From IMG/VR virus record IMGVR_UViG_3300035499_000522, positions 1-64,000 of that record: 64,000 nt of DNA. The stretch is one strand, 5' to 3'. The notes under the pieces are model-generated. The model was not told the DNA's origin, did no database searches, and saw only the letters and a list, made by a program, of their open reading frames with translations. The translations under genes and the position numbers were made by a program. This DNA comes from a virus (Duplodnaviria > Caudoviricetes). Shown here piece by piece: positions 40,688-52,123 of this stretch; the stretch's first letter is position 1; each line of letters starts with the position of its first letter.

Positions 40688-41030
40688 ATATGGAATCAGA
40701 GAAATAGAATCTATAAAGATGTATCCTGTTGAAAGAATTTATACTAAGAAAAATATTCCAGAATACCAAAAGGTATCTCATACTAAATTTAAAAGTTTTC
40801 TTTATAATAAAAACGCCATTACCCGTCTTAATACTTCAATGGATACAGTATCATATAAAGATGAATATGATAATTGCATAGCATATGTAAATTTATATGG
40901 AACAGAAACTTATTACATTAATCCTGATTTATATGCTCTTGGACAAGAGAAAAAAAGTAAAATTGAAGATGAATATTATGAGTAGAAAACAGGAGAAGAA
41001 TTAAATCTGTATATTAAGGAAGAGGTTTAA
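40680..41030 (+). CDS. hypothetical protein (TAG read-through at 40983)
   Basis: read-through ends at TAA 41030, abutting the next ATG at 41032. Confidence 0.5.
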
Positions 41031-41031
41031 A

Positions 41032-41253
41032 ATGAAAACTTATCTTGTTTACTTTGAAAATAGCAGAGGTATTGAAAGAGAAATTGCGGCGGTTGGCAGC
41101 CGAGAAGCAGCGTTTGTCGCAATTGATAAGTTTCTTAATGAACATAAATATAAAAGCTATTATAAAAATATAAGTGAATATCCAGATGGTTCTCTAAGTG
41201 TAGATGTAGGTAGCTGGACAGAAAGATTTATTGTAAGAGAAGGTATAGAATGA
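41032..41253 (+). CDS. hypothetical protein
   Basis: DVGSWTE.F motif common in small phage proteins. Confidence 0.65.
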   Translation: MKTYLVYFENSRGIEREIAAVGSREAAFVAIDKFLNEHKYKSYYKNISEYPDGSLSVDVGSWTERFIVREGIE

Positions 41254-41591
41254 TAGATGTAAATGAAGTAAAAGAATATATTGAAAAGAAAAATAATATA
41301 ACTCTTACTCCTGCATAGCTTTTAATATTGAAAGCTATTATACGTGGTGATAATATATATACGCCAAGACATATAGGCAGAACCACATTGTATACTGGCT
41401 ATGCTAATTATATGATTGAAAAATTAGCTAAAAGTACTAACTATAATTTAATGCCAGATGAATTTGATAGTGTTTTTACTTATGAATTGTTTTTTAAAGA
41501 TAAAGAATGTAAAGCATTATTAGAAAAAGGTGTAGCAGAAGCGTTCAAAGAAGAATATGAATGTCATTGGACAACGAAAGGAGAGGATTAA
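41250..41591 (+). CDS. hypothetical protein (one TAG=Gln)
   Basis: ATGA overlap; LTPA(Q)LLIL..PRHIGRT. Confidence 0.6.
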
Positions 41592-42644
41592 ATGGATTAG
41601 TATTCTTAGGATAATAAAATACATGATAAGTAGAGATTAAAAGAATTACAAGCCTTACCTCTTGACAGAAAAATTCAAATTACACAAACACGCTTGATAG
41701 AATGGTATACATATTGGCAAGGTAACTGTTATATTTCTTTCAGCGGAGGCAAAGATTCTACTGTGCTTTCCGACTTAGCAGCAAGAGTGTGCAAAACGTT
41801 AGGATATAAACTTATTTTGTGGTTTTCAGATACCGGACTTGAATATCCAGAAATAAAATCAAATGTTGATTATGTTGGAGCATTTCTTAAAAATAAATAT
41901 GAAATTGAAGTAGAAATAATTAAAGATTATCCTAAAGATAAAAAAGGAAATCGTATTATATTTAAAGATGTCATAGAAGAATATGGTTATCCAATAATAA
42001 GTAAAACAGTAGCAAGAGATGTTGGTAGAGTTTAGAAAAGTGGAGCATATAATAAAAAAACAGGAGAATATTCGTATGCTTATAAGTTATTACATAACTT
42101 AGTAGTTTAGGAAGATGGCTCACCATCTCAATTTAATAAAGGTAAGTATTTATATCTTGTTGATGCACCATTTAAAATTAGTGAAAAGTGCTGCGATGTA
42201 ATGAAGAAACAACCCGCACATAAATTTGAGAAGCAAACAGGACTTAAACCTATTATAGCAACAATGGCTTGTGAAAGTGCTTTGCGTAAAAACGATTGGA
42301 TAAAAACAGGATGTAATGCTTTTTCCGCAAAACATCAGAAGTCTACTCCATTATCATTTTGGACTGAACAAGATGTATTAAAATATATACTAGATTATAA
42401 TTTACCTCTTGCTTCGCCTTATGGAGAAATTAAGCAAGACAATAAAGGAAAATATTATACAACAGGTTGTAATAGAACAGGTTGCGTATATTGTGGTTTT
42501 GGCTGTCATTTGGAAAAAGAGCCTAATAGGTTTCAATAGCTTAAAGAAACTCATCCTAAATTATATGAATATTGTATGAAGCCACAAGAAGAAGGCGGAT
42601 TAGGTTTAGATGAAGTATTAAATTACATTAATATAAAACATTAA
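41592..42644 (+). CDS. PAPS-reductase-family (PP-loop) enzyme, 6 TAG=Gln
   Basis: SFSGGKDS, DTGLEY, CC..MKK.P, ES.LR, RTGCVYCGFG; one frame with TAG at 41598, 41607, 41631, 42033, 42108, 42537. Confidence 0.85.
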
Positions 42645-42681
42645 AAAAATCCTCATAGATGTAATTTCTATGAGGATTTTT
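42645..42681. terminator. bidirectional intrinsic terminator
   Basis: AAAAATCCTCATAGA-loop-TCTATGAGGATTTTT between convergent genes. Confidence 0.75.
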
Positions 42682-42683
42682 AT

Positions 42684-44168
42684 TTAAGTTATTCTTACTT
42701 CTATATAATCTTTTGATAATAGTATCTATTCTATTTCAGATTCTGTAAATTGCGTAGTAGTAAATTGGTCATACTCAGGTATATTTGTACTTGTATTTTG
42801 GTCATATACATAACTAATAATAGGCCTTCTTAAAGCAAAAATACCTTCTATAAAATCTTCTCCTTTAGAAATAGAATCTTTATATTGAGGAATTGATGAA
42901 TTATCACTAAGTCCTAAAGTAGATGTAATATGAGATAAAAATATATTGCTATTATAAATGCGATTTAATGCTGGAGTCTTTTTTAAAAATTCTTTTGTGT
43001 CTTTTTCATAATCTTCACTCGGCGTAGTTTTTATATAACGAGCAATATCATATTTTCTTTCATTAGTAAGTAAGCCAGATTTTCCACTTGTATTATGAAC
43101 ACTTATTTTTATATATTCATTCCAACCACTATCACTATTTCCAAATCTTTTATATAAAGCATATGGTATCGTAGTATATCTAGATAAAAATTTATAAGAC
43201 GAAAAAGGTCCATTTGTAACATCGGCATAACCGCCTACACCAACAGCCTAATCTTCGCAATAGGTATTAAAAGTTGTCTATGCTGATATATTATTAGTAT
43301 ATACATAATAATGTGAAGTATAATTTAAATTTTGTATTTCATTATCTATTCCAATAATGTCATAATATATTCTATATCTATTATCTAAACTTTCAGCAAA
43401 CTCATAATTTGCTTTTAAAGTTCTCCAAGTATAAATATCTTTATTAAATTCATCTTGTATAGCTAAAAAATTTTTATACTATGTTCTATCATAAGAAGGG
43501 GCATACCATGGTCCATTTGCATAACCAGTATACATTATATTATAATAAGCTTTTCCTTCTGTTATAATAAATTCCTAATTATTTTTATAAATATCTACTT
43601 GCCTAAACTTTAATAGTATATCAGAATATAAAGTACTAAAATTGGTCTATGCTAAATCTGTATTACTTGCTATTCTTATATCTTCTACACTTTCTCCGGA
43701 AGAATTTATTATAGTGGTTAAATATCCTAATTTGTAAGTATGGGTTCTAGTTATACATTCTTCTAAATTTTCATGAAATTTTAATTTAAAAAGATATGGA
43801 CTAACTTGAATATATCCAATAACATTAGAATTATCAATAATAACTTTTATTTTTTGTTTGATTGGTTTTGCACCAGAAATAAAAGATATAATAAAATAAT
43901 ATACTCCATTCTAAAGATTTTCATATATAGAATATGTATGTTCATTAAAAGAAATAAGTCTATTATTATTGTTATATACATAATAACTAATTAAACAGTT
44001 ACAATAATTATTACTTTTTATTGTAACTATATCTGATTCTCTATAAGGCATCTTAAGACTAATAGAAACTATATATTTTGTTTTATTTTTTATATTAGTA
44101 GGAAGTTTAAACAAATCTTTATTAATATAACTTAACATCCATCTTTTTTTAAATTGATTTTTATTCAA
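42684..44168 (-). CDS. TAG-recoded hypothetical protein (~494 aa)
   Basis: AGGAG RBS plus TTG; start and TAA in frame; spot-checked segments show only TAG interruptions. Confidence 0.55.
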
Positions 44169-44250
44169 AAATTATCACTCTCCTTTTATATAAATTATAT
44201 CATAAAAAAAGAAAAAAGGCAAATATAAATTTCTTATATTTGCCTTTTTA

Positions 44251-46077
44251 TTATGCTATACTCCAGCCATTTTTAAATATACTAATATAGCTTTGTAAAT
44301 TTGCGGAAGTCAAATCATCAATTACCGCAATCTCATTATCTTCCATAAACTAAGTTAATCCATTATATTCTTCATTGGATATTCTTGCCTCTGCTTCATT
44401 ATCTAAAGATTCTAATTCTTCCAAATTATTTACATCCCAAGTATCAGGGTCAATAAAATCTTCTGTATGATTATTATACCCATCTTTGTAATATTGAAGT
44501 AAAGTAGCTAAGTTTGTTGCTCCAATAGTTAATGTTTGACTACTAACCCCCGCCTTTAAATTACATATAGTTCTATGTAATGAATTACCTGTTAAAGTAT
44601 TTGACCTAATATTTAATCTAGTAGATAAAGACCATCCTTTTCCTAAAATAATATTTCGTAAATTAGGACAATAATAAATAAAATTATTACTATTAGTAAG
44701 CGTTAAAGTATTATTCTATTGAGCCACAATAGTGCCCGGTATTCTAATATTCTAAACAGGTATATCAGGATAAAAAAGAAAATAACCAATTGTAGTTGCA
44801 CCATCTCCAAAATAAACACTTTTTAACGCTGGCAATCCATTGCTACTTCTAAATATCTATGATGTAATAGTCGGTGGAGTTTTAAGATATTCTACAGTTT
44901 TTAAAGAAGTACAATTATGAAAAACATAGCTTCCTGTTTCAGAAAAAGAATTATCATAAATTTGTATAGTCTATAAATTAGTGCAATTCTAAAACATATA
45001 AGACCAAGCATTTTTTACCTTTAAATTTTTTAAATTAGTGCAATTAGAAAAAGCATATGGATATACTGTATAAGAATGCTCTAAAATATCTGTTACAGTT
45101 TCGTCTCTTAAACTAGCACATCCATAAAATGCATATTCTCCTAATGAAAAACTTGCATCTTTTTCTATTGTTAAGTTATATAATCCAGAACAATTATAAA
45201 AAGCATACTAATCAATTTCTGTTAAAGTGGAAGGCAAAGTAATGTTATTTAAAGCTGTACATCCATAAAAAGCATAATTTCTTATTGTTGTTAATGTAGA
45301 AGGAATATTTATTTTTGATAAATTTGCATTATTCTAAAACATATAATGAGAAATTTCATAATATAAATAATTTTCTCTATTTTCTATATCTTCTGGTAAA
45401 ACCACTTCATTTAAATTTGTACAACCATTAAAGGCATAATTTCCAAAATATAATGTTGAACCATTTATATTAGGTTTCAATATAGTAACCTTTTTAAGAT
45501 TAGTACAATCTTTAAAATAATAATGTTTAACAAAATTTGTTGTTATATCTGTTATTTTAGTTAAACCAGCAAAAGAATAATCTACTGGTTCTTCAATTAG
45601 CTATGTTAATGTGGAAATTGTTTTATTATCAAGGGAAGAACAACCACTAAAAGCATAACCATTAACTTTTAATTTTTTTATATCTTCTGGAATAGTAATT
45701 ATAGATAAATTAGAGCAACCATTAAAGGCATACTATTCAATTTCTGATAAATTATTATCAAATTCTATTTTCATAAGTCCAGTATTATTATTAAAACAAT
45801 ATTCTGAAATAGAATTTAAATTTTTTGGAAGGATTACTTCTGATAAAGAATTACATCCTTCAAAGCAATAAGAATCAAATTTTTTTAAATTTTCTGGAAA
45901 GCTTATACTATTAACGTTAATATTATTTCTAAATAACATATTGCTAAGATTAATAGTCTTATCTATTATTATAACATTTCCTGCGGGGCGACCATCGGTA
46001 CCAGTAGGATAAATTCCTAACTACTCACTAGAACCGCCGCCAGTTTTCCCTCTTTTTGTAAGATAACATTGTCCCAT
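44251..46077 (-). CDS. BspA/LRR_5 leucine-rich-repeat protein, likely receptor-binding (TAG-recoded)
   Basis: repeated YAF.GC..L..I.IP..; C-terminal KNGWSIA; many in-frame TAG. Confidence 0.75.
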
Positions 46078-46078
46078 A

Positions 46079-47431
46079 TTAAACTACCTCAATTATCACA
46101 TTTAAATCAATAGATGGCTTTGTTTCATAACAATATGCAGTTATACTATTAGTTCCTGTTGTAGCCCTTGTTATGTAACCAAAATTTTCTTCTTCTTTCA
46201 TACCAAGTACCACATTTTCAGAAATCACAACATCCATTCTTGGATTTAAATCTTCTGTAATGCCATTTACAGTAACTGTCTAAGTATATGGAATATTATT
46301 ACTCCAATCAGAAGCAGACAAAACAAAAGTTTTATCTATTTTATTTGTTGAGACAGTAACTGTTCCATCCTCTCCCTTTAGACTTTTAAGCCATTCTTCT
46401 TCAGTCCCACTAAAACCATTATTAACAGCAATTTGATATGCGGAAGCACCATTAGAACCATTTCTTAGTCCTACTGTTGGCTGTGTACCATTAATATCAT
46501 TTATAGTTAAATCATAGCCACCATTATCAGTAGTTATAGTAGTGACTTGAATAGTAGGCGAAATTCCATCGTTACCATCTGCTCCATTTTTTATAGTAAT
46601 AGTATTACTTTCTGTTTCGTTAGTAATTTCAATACTGTATCCATTATCTATTTCTTCTGTTTTTATAGTAGGAGTATAGCCATCTTTACCAGCTTCTCCC
46701 TTTTCTCCCTAAGAACCAGTTAATACTTTCCATTTATCTTCTTCAAAAGTATCAGATGATGTATGTGCGGAGATACATAGATATAGAGCAGAATTGTATA
46801 AAACTACTTGATTTTCTTTATATTCAGTTGCGGCAGTCCATACTAAGATACCATCTCCGCCATTTCCGCTACTTCCGCCAACTGTAATTTCTGTCCAATA
46901 AGAAGAATCAAATGCGGTTAATGTAGCAGGCTAAGCAGTTGTACAAACTAAAAGTTTAGAATTATACCAAATAATAGTACCTAAAGAATAAGCTGTTGTT
47001 GCATTCCATGAAAAGACTTGTGGAATAGCTGTACCATAACTGTATATATACTAGAAATTAGTTGAAATTGTACTCCAAGTTCCCTAAGTATTATCTACCA
47101 TACATACATATAGCATAGGTGGTAAAGAATCTTTCTAAACTAAAACTAAAGAACCTTTATAATATGTTATATTTTCATCAAATGTATTATATCCACTTAT
47201 ACTAGTCCAAGACATTGGAGCAATAGGAGAAGTTACTAACTATCCATTTGAATTTTTCTATATAGTTTTATTATCTATTTCAATGTCGCTGCCGCCAACA
47301 GAAATTCTATTAGTATCACTTTCATCAAGATAAATTTTCTATTCATCTGTTGTAAAAATAAGCTAGCCTTCTGATATAGGCTAAGCATCTTTTTGTGCGG
47401 CAGTCAATTTATAAGGTTTAAATTTTGCCAA
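46079..47431 (-). CDS. tail fibre-like protein with CBM-like and collagen-like segments (TAG-recoded)
   Basis: PISEG(Q)LIFTTD, WTAATEY...AHTS, GEKGEAGKDGYTP, SAYQIAV.NGF.GTEEEWL.SLKG. Confidence 0.7.
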
Positions 47432-47841
47432 AATTATTAATCCTCCTTATATATCTTTTTCTATTGAAAATAATTTTTAAATTATTAATATTATATTAAT
47501 TTACCCTTAACAAAATAACTTAAATTGATTTTTTAAATAAATTATATTATAATATATATGTAAATAAAAATAATAAAAATAATTAAAGGAGATTAAGATT
47601 ATGAATAATAAGGAGGCTAAAGCTATGAACGACTTTATGTATGATTATATGAAGAATCATTGTTCATTTAATGATATTGATAAGTATATTAATAAATATA
47701 AAGAAGATAATATAGATATTTCTCTTAAAGACTATCTTGGATTTAATGCTGATAACATTGCTTCATTTGGTGAAGATGCGGTAAATAGTCTGCTTAGAAA
47801 AGTAATTTCATATAAAATATAAGTTGAGAAAGGAAAAACAA

Positions 47842-48519
47842 ATGACTGAACTTTACTACTCACTACTGGATTATCTTAACGGAATATTTAGTCACCAGCG
47901 TATTCTTGGTCTTTTTGCATTTTCAGAGAAATCTTATTATGCAATTTATTTACCAAGTTTTGAAGAACTTTGTTTTGAGACAAGGCAGGAGAAGAATTAC
48001 ATTTATTATGAAGATACGGAAATTCAAATCGTAGACATTAGAGACCTTGATTCTTCAGCAGTACATGAAATTGTAACAGATGATGATGGTTACTTTAATT
48101 ATTTAATCAACACGCAATACAAAGAAACAGCAGAAAAGCTTATTAAAATAATAATAGGCGGAAAGAAAGAATTTGGACTTAATTATAACATCAAATATAA
48201 GGCGGCAATCGTAGATATTATGATGCTTGCAATCAAAGATGATGACTTCCACTCGTTTGAAGAAGCTTTAACAGATTCTGAAAAATGTGCTATGTATAAT
48301 ATATATAGCAATATTGAAAATCCTAGACATGGAGACATTTGTATAGGCAATTTAATAAATATATATGGATATTCTCGTTCAACTTACAACAGTCTGCTCG
48401 CAAAGATGAAACAGTATAAAATTGCAGAAATCTCATCTGGAGGACCAAAAGGCACTTGCATCCGCACTAATGATATATACGTTAAAGACATTAAAAAATT
48501 CTTAAAAGAAATGGATTAA
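47842..48519 (+). CDS. degenerate nucleotidyltransferase-like domain fused to CodY-like wHTH
   Basis: ILGLF..AIYLPSFEEL..VDIR resembles 34376-35143; SRSTY..L.KMK...EISSGGPKGTCI resembles the CodY C-terminus. Confidence 0.5.
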   Translation: MTELYYSLLDYLNGIFSHQRILGLFAFSEKSYYAIYLPSFEELCFETRQEKNYIYYEDTEIQIVDIRDLDSSAVHEIVTDDDGYFNYLINTQYKETAEKLIKIIIGGKKEFGLNYNIKYKAAIVDIMMLAIKDDDFHSFEEALTDSEKCAMYNIYSNIENPRHGDICIGNLINIYGYSRSTYNSLLAKMKQYKIAEISSGGPKGTCIRTNDIYVKDIKKFLKEMD

Positions 48520-48631
48520 AAGATTAAACAAGAAGCAGAAATATTTCTTATTTAAATATTTCTGCTTTTTTGATTTTTAAAAATAAATATGATATAATAT
48601 ATATAGAAAAGATAAAAAAGGAGGAATTATA

Positions 48632-49048
48632 ATGGGTCTTGATAATGGTATAGTTCTTAAAACAAAAGCTAAGATTAGTCATATTTCTTTGCCAAAAGTT
48701 ATAAAAGAAGATTGGCTTAATAAGGATTATGATAAGTCAATTGAAGTTTGCTATTGGCGGAAATGTTGGGGCATAAGAAATGAAATTATATATGATATTT
48801 TGCAAATCAATGAAGAAGCATTATATGATTATTCATTGACAATTGAAAATATTAATGATATAATTGATATATTAAAAAAATATGCTTATAATAAAAAGTA
48901 TTATGAAGATAATGCTCGTTCAATATGGGAATTTGAAGAATATAATGATAAACTTAAAGAAGATATCAAAAGGATTAAATGGCTTAAAAGATATATGAAA
49001 TATCATAAAGGCAATATTGAAAAAGTAACTTTTTATGATAGCTATTAA
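48632..49048 (+). CDS. conserved phage protein (MGLD...YWRK...YDSY family)
   Basis: family motif pattern. Confidence 0.65.
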   Translation: MGLDNGIVLKTKAKISHISLPKVIKEDWLNKDYDKSIEVCYWRKCWGIRNEIIYDILQINEEALYDYSLTIENINDIIDILKKYAYNKKYYEDNARSIWEFEEYNDKLKEDIKRIKWLKRYMKYHKGNIEKVTFYDSY

Positions 49049-49068
49049 AGAAAGGAAAAGTGGTAGAT

Positions 49069-50244
49069 ATGCTTAATAAAGATAATGAGAGAATGCTTGC
49101 TTACACCGCAAGAGTAAGCTGGGTACAGCCTATCGAAGGTGCTGATAACATTGAACTAATAGGCATTAACGGTTGGACTTGTATTGCTAAGATTGGAGAG
49201 TTCAAAGAGGGAGACATATGCGTTTATTTTGAAATTGATTCTAAGCTTCCTGAAGCACCTTGGTCTGCGTTTATGGCATCTAAGCACTATAAAGTAAAGA
49301 CTATGAAGCTTGGTAAATTCAAGGTTATATCTCAGGGTCTTGCACTTCCTGCTGCCGCATTTGATATTGATATTCCTCTTGAAGAAAATGTTGATATGAC
49401 TAAAACACTTGGTGTTACTTATTCTATTGAGGAAGATAACAAGAGAAAAGCTAATTCTGCTGATAAGTATGCGGCAATGACTCGCCGCCATCCCAATATC
49501 TTTAAGCGTCCTATTGCACGTTGGCTGATGAAGCGGGAATGGGGCAAGAAGCTTATGTTCTTATTCTTTGGCAAGAAGAAAGAAAACAAGACTTCATTTC
49601 CTACACACTTTGAATACGTGAAGAAAACAGACGAAGAAAGAATTGAGTGCGTTCCACATCTACTCAAAAATAAAACAAAACTCATAGCCTCCGAGAAGCT
49701 CGATGGCACAAGTACAACATTTATTTTGGAACGTAAGGGCAAAAAGAAATTTGAATTTTATGTACTTTCTCGTAATGTAAGACAGCTTACGCCTGACCAG
49801 AAATGCTATCACGATGATAATATCTATTGGAATATGGCTTTTAAATATAATATTGAACAGCATTTGAAGAATTACCTTAATGAAAATCCTGAACTTAAGT
49901 ATGTATGTCTTCAGGGCGAATCTGTAGGAAGCGTACAAGGCAATCCGCTCAAACTTAAGGAAGATGATTTTTACGGCTTTAATTTTATTCGTTCAGATGT
50001 AGGAAGAATTTCATCTCTTGAAGGTAAGAAAATCTTGGAATCTTGGGGAATGAAGTGGGTTCCTATTATCTCAACAGAATGGGTTAATCCTGATACTATG
50101 GAAGAAATGAAGAAACTTGCTACTGGTAAGTCTTTGGTTAATCCAGAAGTATACAGAGAAGGAATTGTATATAGAAGTGAAGAAGATAATAAACTTAGCT
50201 TTAAATCGGTTTCAGCTGAATACCTTTTGAAGCACAATATCTAA
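49069..50244 (+). CDS. RNA ligase, DRB0094/Rnl5-like
   Basis: PIEGADNIE, YFEIDS, KTDEERI, EKLDGTS, QGE, REGIV, FKSVS. Confidence 0.85.
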   Translation: MLNKDNERMLAYTARVSWVQPIEGADNIELIGINGWTCIAKIGEFKEGDICVYFEIDSKLPEAPWSAFMASKHYKVKTMKLGKFKVISQGLALPAAAFDIDIPLEENVDMTKTLGVTYSIEEDNKRKANSADKYAAMTRRHPNIFKRPIARWLMKREWGKKLMFLFFGKKKENKTSFPTHFEYVKKTDEERIECVPHLLKNKTKLIASEKLDGTSTTFILERKGKKKFEFYVLSRNVRQLTPDQKCYHDDNIYWNMAFKYNIEQHLKNYLNENPELKYVCLQGESVGSVQGNPLKLKEDDFYGFNFIRSDVGRISSLEGKKILESWGMKWVPIISTEWVNPDTMEEMKKLATGKSLVNPEVYREGIVYRSEEDNKLSFKSVSAEYLLKHNI

Positions 50245-50257
50245 GGAGGAATTAATA

Positions 50258-50482
50258 ATGAAGAGAACAATTTGTATTTCAGACATTCGAGATATAACAA
50301 GTCTTTGCCATCAGGCACAGTCTATTAAGGGTGCAGTAGATGTATCCAAGGGTAAGTACTGCGTTGATGCTTGCTCGCTTATGGGTCTTCTTTCTATTGA
50401 CTTGTCAACAGGTGCGGACATAGAATACCCTGATGATGCGGCTAGTTTTGATAGCTTTTGCTCACTGTATGAAGTTAAGTAA
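50258..50482 (+). CDS. HPr-like phosphocarrier protein
   Basis: VDACSLMGLLS resembles the HPr VDAKSIMG Ser46 region; no His15 motif. Confidence 0.65.
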   Translation: MKRTICISDIRDITSLCHQAQSIKGAVDVSKGKYCVDACSLMGLLSIDLSTGADIEYPDDAASFDSFCSLYEVK

Positions 50483-50630
50483 TATAATATAGGACTAACC
50501 ACCCTATATTAACATATATTTTCACTCTTAAAAATAAAGTTACTATAAAGCAGTAACTTTATTTTTTTTATTTTTTATGTTATAATATATATGTAATAAA
50601 AAATAAGAAATATGAAAGAGGTTGATTAGA

Positions 50631-50984
50631 ATGAAAAAGAAAGAATATATTATTTCAGAATTTTATTGTACTCATTGCGGAGCCAAGGGCATGAGCCTCC
50701 CTCGAAATAGAGGTAAGCAGAGAGCCCCCGGTCATCTGAAGAATCTGTTTTGCTGCAATTGCCAGTGTCAGAGAAATCATGTTGAAATTAGACCCAATTG
50801 CCGCTACACAAAAGAAGATTTTGACTTAGAGTTTGAACTTGGAAGATATGTAGATGGCAATATTACCCCCATAGGTCAGTTGCCGCTTTGCAAAGAGGAT
50901 TGCCCTTATAATGTTAATGGAAGATGTTGGAACACAAATCATTCTTATGATTGTGATAAGAGAAAGGAAGATAGCAATGACTAA
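50631..50984 (+). CDS. zinc-ribbon protein
   Basis: CTHCG...HLK.LFCCNC. Confidence 0.6.
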   Translation: MKKKEYIISEFYCTHCGAKGMSLPRNRGKQRAPGHLKNLFCCNCQCQRNHVEIRPNCRYTKEDFDLEFELGRYVDGNITPIGQLPLCKEDCPYNVNGRCWNTNHSYDCDKRKEDSND

Positions 50985-51495
50985 GAAATTTCGTTATCCT
51001 AATGAATTAATTTTCGTAGTAGGGGCACCCGGTTCTGGTAAGTCTACATATTTAAAAGAACACGCAAATGAGTATTCTTCAAATTATAAAATTATTTCAA
51101 GAGATAAAATAAGATTTTCAATGCTTGACAAAAATGATGATTACTTTAATAAGGAAGATGCAGTATTTAAGGAATTTATTAAGCAGATTTATGAAGCATT
51201 ACTTGATGGATATGATGTATTTGTAGATGCCACTAATTTAAATAAAAAATCAAGAAGAAAAACATTAAAAGCTTTATTAAACTACAATTCTGAACATTTA
51301 GAAAATGGAATAATGCTGGTATCCCTTTCCGCAATTTATTTTGATACTTCTCTTGAAACTTGCTTATATAGAAACAATAAAAGAACAGGAAGAGAATTTG
51401 TACCTAAGTCTATTGTAAAACGTATGTATTTTTCTTTAGAAAAGCCTACAAAAGAAGAAGGGTTTGATATAGTATGGAAAGCGAAGGAGGATTAA
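50977..51495 (+). CDS. polynucleotide-kinase-like P-loop kinase (AAA_33)
   Basis: GAPGSGKST, SRD.IR, DATN, R...R.GR..VP. Confidence 0.8.
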   Translation: MTKKFRYPNELIFVVGAPGSGKSTYLKEHANEYSSNYKIISRDKIRFSMLDKNDDYFNKEDAVFKEFIKQIYEALLDGYDVFVDATNLNKKSRRKTLKALLNYNSEHLENGIMLVSLSAIYFDTSLETCLYRNNKRTGREFVPKSIVKRMYFSLEKPTKEEGFDIVWKAKED

Positions 51496-51496
51496 G

Positions 51497-52075
51497 ATGT
51501 CAGATATCTGGTTTACAAGTGATTTACATTTAAACCATAATAAAGATTTTATTTATAAAGCAAGAGGATATAATTCAGTAGAAGAAATGAATGAAGCCTT
51601 AATTGAAAATTGGAATAAAGTAGTAAAAAAGACTGATATAGTTTATGCTTTAGGCGATATAATGCTTGGTGATAAACTTGCGGGAATGAGATATTTATAT
51701 AGGCTTAATGGTAAAATTATCGTCATCATTGGCAACCACGATACTGATGCCCGCATTAGAATTTATGAAATTGTACATAATATAATAGATGTAAAATATG
51801 CAGATAGAATAAAAATTGACAAATACAATTTTTGGCTTTCTCACTATCCTACTAATACAATTAATTTTGATTATGATGCAAATAAGCCTCTATCTTATTT
51901 AGTGTTGAATCTTCATGGGCATACTCATCAAACTACTAACTTTATAAATGATAATTATACTCAATATCATGTAGGAGTAGATTCACACAACAATACACCT
52001 GTTGCCGCAGAAGATATTATTAAAGAAATTAAGGAATGTAGAGATAGGGCAAATATTAATAAAATTATTACTTAA
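51497..52075 (+). CDS. calcineurin-like metallophosphoesterase
   Basis: SDLH, LGD, GNHD, SHYP, HGHTH. Confidence 0.85.
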   Translation: MSDIWFTSDLHLNHNKDFIYKARGYNSVEEMNEALIENWNKVVKKTDIVYALGDIMLGDKLAGMRYLYRLNGKIIVIIGNHDTDARIRIYEIVHNIIDVKYADRIKIDKYNFWLSHYPTNTINFDYDANKPLSYLVLNLHGHTHQTTNFINDNYTQYHVGVDSHNNTPVAAEDIIKEIKECRDRANINKIIT

Positions 52076-52123
52076 TTTATCATTTATATTAAGAAATAAT
52101 TTCTAAGCAAAGGAGATAAAAAT

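Noticed and set aside
41694-42539. Two fragment ORFs suggesting a PAPS-reductase pseudogene (similarly the lysis and tail fragments)
   Set aside because: All interruptions are in-frame TAG in one frame, and a CUA tRNA is present, so this is recoding rather than decay
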